A DNA stretch of 64,000 bases from a virus, in the IMG/VR virus record IMGVR_UViG_3300042475_001686, positions 53,493 through 117,492 of that record; one strand, written 5' to 3'. Position 1 is the stretch's first letter, and each line of letters starts with the position of its first letter. The notes under the pieces were generated by a model. The model worked only from the letters and a program-made list of their open reading frames with translations. It was not told the origin of the DNA and searched no databases. Position numbers and translations under genes: made by a program. Below, in pieces: positions 58,622-64,000 of this stretch.

Positions 58622-60655
58622 CTACGAAGATATTTTTATCTCACAAGCATCAGTAGTACAGTACATCTCTCCCTGTGCTTCTAGATTTTCAGCCCCGTCA
58701 TAAATAGCAGACCAATCGATCTTTTTAATCTGACCAATATATGAGTTATATTCTTCTTCGGTAATTTCAGTATATGGCTGTTGCGGATATACCTTATTTC
58801 CCATAGGTAAGAATGAAACTGCTTTTAACTGTCCCTCGTACATATGAAGTGCAGGCGCAATATGCTTTGTTTCAGTATCTTTGTCAAATGAAAGCGTTAC
58901 AGACACGCCGTTATCAGACCAATATTTCTGAGCAGTAGCAGCAAGCGCAATCTTCTCAAATAATGTTACTTCTTTTTCAGATCTTGCGTGACCAGAATGT
59001 ACTGGGAAATATACGACAGTTGTATTCGCAGATACAAGGTCAGCCTCCATCTTATATCCAGCAGCCTTGAACAAGTGAATCATTGGGTCGGTATTCCCAA
59101 AACGAATTGCTCTCAAGAAATAGTTTCCGCCAGGCGCCCAGTGAACTCCAGGCGTTGCGCCAGAAAGAATTGATACAGACCCTGATGGTTTAACAGTTGT
59201 GACTCTAATGGAATCACGAACGCATAGCCATTCAGAATAGGAATGATCATATTTACGAATAGTCTCATATCCTTCGTCCATCCATTCACGCACAACAGGC
59301 AAACCAAATTTGTCTGAGAATGAGGCAATACCAGTCAATGATGTACCAATACGACGATTACGCTGCATAATACCGTTTGTCTGTTGCCAGTGTGTTGGTA
59401 TCAGCGTTACCGTCTTGCCATAGAGGTAAGCAAACTTAAGGGTGCGGAGGAAGTCTTCCTTAGATTCATGACGATTTAAGTGTACCTCAACCAAGGTACA
59501 TAGTTCGTATGATTCCAATGGCTGCTCTGCACAAGGATTGAATCCCATTACACGATAATCCTTGCCATCCGCAGGATCCTTAAGTCTGCCATAGTTTCTG
59601 GCAACATCAAGCCAAATGAATCCTGGCTCTCCGTTGCTTGCGATTAGGTCTACGTAGTCTTCGTACTTTGTACCTACCGTCGCAGAAATCGAGTTGTTTG
59701 ACATCCATGCCCAACCTGGGTTTTCTGGATCAAATGAATTTCTTTCTGGAAAAACCTCAGAACTCTTAAGATTCATAAAGTCTTCATCCTGAGCATTACC
59801 TAAAGCCAAAGTTGCAGATCGTCTAACATTTCCTGATACCACACAGGTACCAATAAGATTAACGATATCTACTATTGCTCTTGAGTCTAGGGTTTCTCCT
59901 GCTCTACCGCCGATTACAGCCCTTATCTGCTTGTGCAACTGGATAAGTGGTGCAGGACCGCTTGCAGTGCCTCCAAAGCCCTTGATAGGCGCTCCTAGGG
60001 GGCGAATAAGGTCATAGTTAAACTCTTGAATATACATGTTAGGCTTTAAAAATGAATTAATTAATAATCTAACAGATTCTACCCAACCTTCACGAGTATC
60101 TGGAATTTCATAAACCTGTGGTGGTTCTGTAGGACTATAAATGGTTAAATGCTTATCTGCTCCAACAGTATCAAACCCTACACCAACACCCATCATAAGT
60201 GCATCCATAACCCAGGCAAATAATGTTCCTGGATCATTTCTATCTATGTCTTTTGTAGATACCATAGCGCAGTTTTGTAATGCTGCTGAGTTTTTCTTTT
60301 CCATTGTAAGTGCCGTGCCAAAAGACCACAAACCTCGTCCTGGTGGCGTCCACTTTAATTCAAATAAACGTTGGTAGGCCTCTTTAGCCGAAGCCTGTGC
60401 CTTATAGTCATTCCATGGTAGTCTGTTCTCTTTTGCATGGTTCTTTTGAGCCGAATACATACCCTCGATTACTCGACGACAAACCTCATACCATCTTTCT
60501 TTAGTTCCATCCTCTTTCATACGGGAGTAGGTACGAATAAACGTAATCTCTCCCAATGAATTACCACCAGCATCTGTGAATCCAAATGGTGGTTCTTTTG
60601 ATTTATAATCATTTATAAACTCTTCGGACAAACGAAAACTAAAAAAATCAGACAT
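58622..60655 (-). CDS. nrdJ: Class II (adenosylcobalamin-dependent) ribonucleotide reductase
   Basis: RTYSR, PPGRGLW, LQNC, GNVRRSA, NPCAEQ, TTVKPSGSVS, C-terminal CTTDAC. Confidence 0.93.
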   Translation of the reverse strand: MSDFFSFRLSEEFINDYKSKEPPFGFTDAGGNSLGEITFIRTYSRMKEDGTKERWYEVCRRVIEGMYSAQKNHAKENRLPWNDYKAQASAKEAYQRLFELKWTPPGRGLWSFGTALTMEKKNSAALQNCAMVSTKDIDRNDPGTLFAWVMDALMMGVGVGFDTVGADKHLTIYSPTEPPQVYEIPDTREGWVESVRLLINSFLKPNMYIQEFNYDLIRPLGAPIKGFGGTASGPAPLIQLHKQIRAVIGGRAGETLDSRAIVDIVNLIGTCVVSGNVRRSATLALGNAQDEDFMNLKSSEVFPERNSFDPENPGWAWMSNNSISATVGTKYEDYVDLIASNGEPGFIWLDVARNYGRLKDPADGKDYRVMGFNPCAEQPLESYELCTLVEVHLNRHESKEDFLRTLKFAYLYGKTVTLIPTHWQQTNGIMQRNRRIGTSLTGIASFSDKFGLPVVREWMDEGYETIRKYDHSYSEWLCVRDSIRVTTVKPSGSVSILSGATPGVHWAPGGNYFLRAIRFGNTDPMIHLFKAAGYKMEADLVSANTTVVYFPVHSGHARSEKEVTLFEKIALAATAQKYWSDNGVSVTLSFDKDTETKHIAPALHMYEGQLKAVSFLPMGNKVYPQQPYTEITEEEYNSYIGQIKKIDWSAIYDGAENLEAQGEMYCTTDACEIKISS

Positions 60656-60688
60656 GTATTTCTCCTAATTGAAAACTGTAGTTACCTA

Positions 60689-60697
60689 AGTATATCA
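60689..60697 (-). promoter_or_regulatory. Extended -10 promoter TGATATACT for nrdJ
   Basis: Plus strand agtatatca; SD AGGAG downstream. Confidence 0.6.
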
Positions 60698-60749
60698 GAG
60701 TTTTGAAAAAACAAAAACTCTATATGTATTATTTAGGGTTAATCTTTAA

Positions 60750-61469
60750 CTAACGATACTCTTTTAATTGCCTAAACTGTCTCTTGTAAGAATCAAAGAA
60801 TAAAGTTTTTAATTTGTTCTTTGTATCATCTTGTTCTTTAATATCCTTTTCATCACCAAAAGCCATTTGCCAACTTTCTCTCTTAAAAGGTATTACTTGA
60901 ACTATTGGAGTTCCAGCAGGAATCAAGCCTTCCATTTTTGGATCTTTTAATACAAAAGGAAAGTTTACAGGAGTAGAATAAGTATCAGTATCAACAACTC
61001 CAGGGAAAGCAACAAATGGAGTCTCTCTATGGACTGGAGGAATAAACAAACAAGAGTAACCAGGCTCTGTTTTTATTGACCAAACATTATTCCATTTTGG
61101 ATATTGAATTTCATGACCAGCGCCGTTTGGATGCTCTGGTAATTGTGCCTTCTGATGAAAAGAGATAACGTTGTGTCCTGGGGTTTGAAAAAATGGATGT
61201 TTATCGCCAGTTACCTTACCGTATTCTAATCTTTGAGAAACAAACACATCGCAATATGTATAAATAATATATCCACTAGTTATAGCATCAAATATAGGCA
61301 TACACTTCTTTGCTGTTCCTGGTGATTCGTTCTGAGCATTTGGTTCTTTTTTCCCGCCCATATACGACCCCATATCCTTATACCAGTCTGGTACTAATTC
61401 GGACGCTGGGGTTGGCCTATAATCTTCTGGAATACCAGTGACATTAGTGAATGTAATAATTTTTTTCAT
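60750..61469 (-). CDS. Conserved phage protein (DUF6065-like)
   Basis: PDWYK, KKCMP..DA.TSGY, W.IKT.PGYSCLF, PGVVDTD, IPAGTP.VQVIPFKRESW. Confidence 0.6.
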   Translation of the reverse strand: MKKIITFTNVTGIPEDYRPTPASELVPDWYKDMGSYMGGKKEPNAQNESPGTAKKCMPIFDAITSGYIIYTYCDVFVSQRLEYGKVTGDKHPFFQTPGHNVISFHQKAQLPEHPNGAGHEIQYPKWNNVWSIKTEPGYSCLFIPPVHRETPFVAFPGVVDTDTYSTPVNFPFVLKDPKMEGLIPAGTPIVQVIPFKRESWQMAFGDEKDIKEQDDTKNKLKTLFFDSYKRQFRQLKEYR

Positions 61470-61481
61470 TTGAATGTTCTC

Positions 61482-62096
61482 CTATAAAGTTGACCAATAT
61501 AAATATTTTCTATAATCACCGTGCTGTATTACCTTTGGATCAACCCACCAGTCTTCATGATAAGATCTATGAACCAACGAATAGCCAAATGAATCTAGAA
61601 TTTCTCTTTGTGCATTTCTAATAGACTCGTTTTTCCAATACATATTAGCATCATGCTCAAATGTTATTAAAGTAAATCTATAAGTATTTAATGGAACAGC
61701 CAATAGTCCATGTAATGTCCAATGACTATTTCCAACTGGTCTTCCTTCCATATCATATCCAGCATCTATATCTAACTGTAGAAAATCAATCTGCTTTGGA
61801 AAATTATTTTTTTCAAAATAATCAACATAATTGAAAGATAGAGCATCGCCCATACATGGGTTTTTTCTATTTTCATTAAACTCTTCTCTCATAGAATCAA
61901 CTATTTCAAATGACACACCTTGCCAGTCATATTCTTTTTCTAATAAGTAAGTATTGTTTCCATTACTATAATGTGCTGCGCCCAACTCAACATAATATCC
62001 ATTCTTCTTTTTGTTTAAAATTCCAAGAATGAACTGCTCTTGCTCTGTCATTTGATGAGAGTTAAAGTCCTCATTTGTAAATCCAATATTTGTCAT
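61482..62096 (-). CDS. FkbM/Methyltransf_21-like SAM-dependent methyltransferase
   Basis: GYYVELGA....GNNTYLLE...W.G...E, IDFLQLDID, ITFEHD, EDWWV. Confidence 0.8.
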   Translation of the reverse strand: MTNIGFTNEDFNSHQMTEQEQFILGILNKKKNGYYVELGAAHYSNGNNTYLLEKEYDWQGVSFEIVDSMREEFNENRKNPCMGDALSFNYVDYFEKNNFPKQIDFLQLDIDAGYDMEGRPVGNSHWTLHGLLAVPLNTYRFTLITFEHDANMYWKNESIRNAQREILDSFGYSLVHRSYHEDWWVDPKVIQHGDYRKYLYWSTL

Positions 62097-62659
62097 TTAA
62101 ATAAATCTCCTTTTAGTCTTGTTGGTTGCTGCTCTGTTCCATGTATAAAAACAGTTGTGAAGTATCTAATTCTATCATCTAAAACTGGTAATGATCCATG
62201 AACTATATGGCCTCCGTGAATATATAAACTGTTTGTTTTTGGTTTAACCTTAATATTTATTTCTGGGTAGTCTAATTCACCACCGAGGTAGTCATCGTTG
62301 TAATATAGGCAGAACCCATAGCCTATGTAGTATGGCAAATCTGGAATCCATTGATCAGCATGATGCTTTATAAAGTCTCCCTTTTTATATCTTTGTAAAT
62401 GTGTTGAGTGAGGAAAGTAAGAGTATGATTCCATTAGATTTTCTAGAGAATCTCTGATAGAGTCAAATACGCTAGGATGCTTAAAATATAAACTTTTGCC
62501 AAACCAAAAATCTGAGATGTTCTGCTCTATTCTAGCCTCTTCATCAAACCAAAGTTCTTCTGGAGTATTATTAATTATATCTAAAACCTCAGACATCTGA
62601 TCTTCAGTTAAAAAATCATTTACCTCATATAGGTCATCATATAATTTATTAATCTTCAT
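62093..62659 (-). CDS. 2OG-Fe(II) oxygenase (prolyl 4-hydroxylase-like)
   Basis: HAD, YYNDDYLGGEL, HG..PV....RY. Confidence 0.85.
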   Translation of the reverse strand: MKINKLYDDLYEVNDFLTEDQMSEVLDIINNTPEELWFDEEARIEQNISDFWFGKSLYFKHPSVFDSIRDSLENLMESYSYFPHSTHLQRYKKGDFIKHHADQWIPDLPYYIGYGFCLYYNDDYLGGELDYPEINIKVKPKTNSLYIHGGHIVHGSLPVLDDRIRYFTTVFIHGTEQQPTRLKGDLFK

Positions 62660-62664
62660 TTTAT

Positions 62665-63333
62665 TTACATATATTTACTATTAAATATATGACTTACCTC
62701 CAAGTGATTTATATTCATATGTTTTGGAAGTGACCCAACCCATCTTATTGTTTCTGCCATATCTTCTGCTGTTAAAGCATTTTCTTTTTTTTCTAACTGT
62801 GTATCTATTGTACCAGGACAAATCTCTGTAACCTTAATTCCATACTCTGGAAACTCCATTCTCATTGTATCTATTAGGGCCATCTCTCCTCTTTTAGCAT
62901 TACTATAATTACCCCCGCCTCTAAATGGAACCTTTCCACAAAGAGAAGTTATAAATATAATAGTGGCTGATTCTGATTTTTTCATAGACGGAATAAATAA
63001 TTGTGATAAATACATTGGTCCAGAAACATTTATATCATATGCTCTTCTAAAATTATCCATTGTTTCATTAATAATAAAGGTTGGTCCAGAACCTCCGCCA
63101 GCATTATTTACTAATAGGTCTACGGTAATATCCTTATACTTTTCATAAAAGTTTTTAATTTCAGATTCGTTTGTAATGTCTAATCTATATAATTCTAAAT
63201 TAACATTATTTAATTCTGACAGTTTGGCTAGATCTCTTGATACAGCAATAACCTTGTAGTCATTTTCTAATAAAAGTTTTACTGTTGCCAGGCCTACACC
63301 TTTGCTGGCTCCTGTAACTATTGCAGTCTTCAT
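62665..63333 (-). CDS. Short-chain dehydrogenase/reductase (YdfG-like)
   Basis: TGASKGVG, LVNNAG, YSNAK, ICPG. Confidence 0.9.
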   Translation of the reverse strand: MKTAIVTGASKGVGLATVKLLLENDYKVIAVSRDLAKLSELNNVNLELYRLDITNESEIKNFYEKYKDITVDLLVNNAGGGSGPTFIINETMDNFRRAYDINVSGPMYLSQLFIPSMKKSESATIIFITSLCGKVPFRGGGNYSNAKRGEMALIDTMRMEFPEYGIKVTEICPGTIDTQLEKKENALTAEDMAETIRWVGSLPKHMNINHLEVSHIFNSKYM

Positions 63334-64000
63334 GGCTGAATCTCACCTTTTTCAAGTTTATCATAATATTCTTCGAACCCTATAAATTTTGGAATATTAT
63401 TAATAATTTGTTGGTTCTCTCCCCTATACGTAAACTTTAATCTTTTCTCTTCCATCTGTTCCCAAACCTCTTTACCATATTTATCTTGAAACTCCAACCA
63501 CTTTGGATGTGCATCTTGATTATATCTCCAGTAGGTTCTGATCATATACTTATCTCCACTGGTTACTGTTCTTACCCCGTGGTAATGTGGATGACCAGAT
63601 AAAAATACTACAACGTCTCCAGCACTTGGTTTATACGAATAATCTTCTTGAACTACCTGCAAACTTTCATCTTCTATAAATCTAAACTCAACTTCTCCAC
63701 CTTCATAGTTATCGTTTAAGTAAAAGACTGCAGTAACGCCAAACTTTACTCCTGGCTGATAAGTCTTTTCTCTTTGAAAGTCTGTATGATGATGCATAAT
63801 ATATCCAAAATCATGATTTGGATTTGGTATATACTTTGCAATATTCCAACCCTGATAAATCCAATTACTTAATGATATATTATTTTCTTCAAGGTAAAGT
63901 TTTGTAGTTTCATAAAATAAAGAGTCTATTCTTTTTCTAACCAAATTTTCTTCATTATTTACAGGATAAAGTTCGTTAAATTTGTCATCCCATTCCTGTT
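63330..64000 (-). CDS. 2OG-Fe(II) oxygenase (prolyl 4-hydroxylase-like), 5' end outside window
   Basis: HTD, YLNDNYEGGE, HGV..V.SG.KY; frame is open to the window edge. Confidence 0.85.
   Translation of the reverse strand, partial: QEWDDKFNELYPVNNEENLVRKRIDSLFYETTKLYLEENNISLSNWIYQGWNIAKYIPNPNHDFGYIMHHHTDFQREKTYQPGVKFGVTAVFYLNDNYEGGEVEFRFIEDESLQVVQEDYSYKPSAGDVVVFLSGHPHYHGVRTVTSGDKYMIRTYWRYNQDAHPKWLEFQDKYGKEVWEQMEEKRLKFTYRGENQQIINNIPKFIGFEEYYDKLEKGEIQP

Noticed and set aside
60656-60750. Cobalamin riboswitch upstream of B12-dependent nrdJ
   Set aside because: Gap is under 100 bp and AT-rich, with no B12-box; the promoter lies about 35 nt from the start
701-63148. Numerous plus-strand ORFs in the track (e.g. 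13682-14053, 43985-44482, 51779-52201)
   Set aside because: All are antisense shadows of well-supported minus-strand genes, with no recognisable motifs
1-64000. tRNA genes, CRISPR arrays, stop-codon recoding, integrase or transposons
   Set aside because: Intergenic gaps are too short and lack tRNA arms or repeat-spacer structure; core genes are intact in the standard code with all three stops used; no integrase or transposase recognised

Overview
64 kb fragment of a large, AT-rich, tailed dsDNA phage genome with essentially all genes on the minus strand. The siphovirus-type layout, read right to left, is: 2OG-Fe(II) oxygenase/SDR/methyltransferase accessory cluster, class II ribonucleotide reductase, LamG-like virion protein, portal, prohead protease/scaffold, major capsid, head-tail genes, major tail, tail chaperones, 2988-aa tape measure, minor tail genes, DnaB/primase/SSB/DnaE/RecA/Cas4-like/RuvC-like replication block, terminase, secreted/membrane/lysis block, then small accessory genes (WhiB, APS kinase fusion, halogenase-like flavoprotein, pyrimidine-dimer glycosylase, holin, GlcNAc transferase). 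WhiB and the gene set point to an actinobacterial host, probably a low-GC freshwater lineage (inference). The most notable observations are: (1) four helically phased DnaA-box-like 9-mers over the promoter of the capsid operon; (2) tail assembly chaperones G and GT made by gene duplication rather than a programmed frameshift; (3) a motif-bounded cargo insert in the tape measure protein; (4) about 19 sigma-A-type -10 promoters, several apparently leaderless; (5) a secreted protein that appears to start at ATT. All calls are by eye, without database searches.
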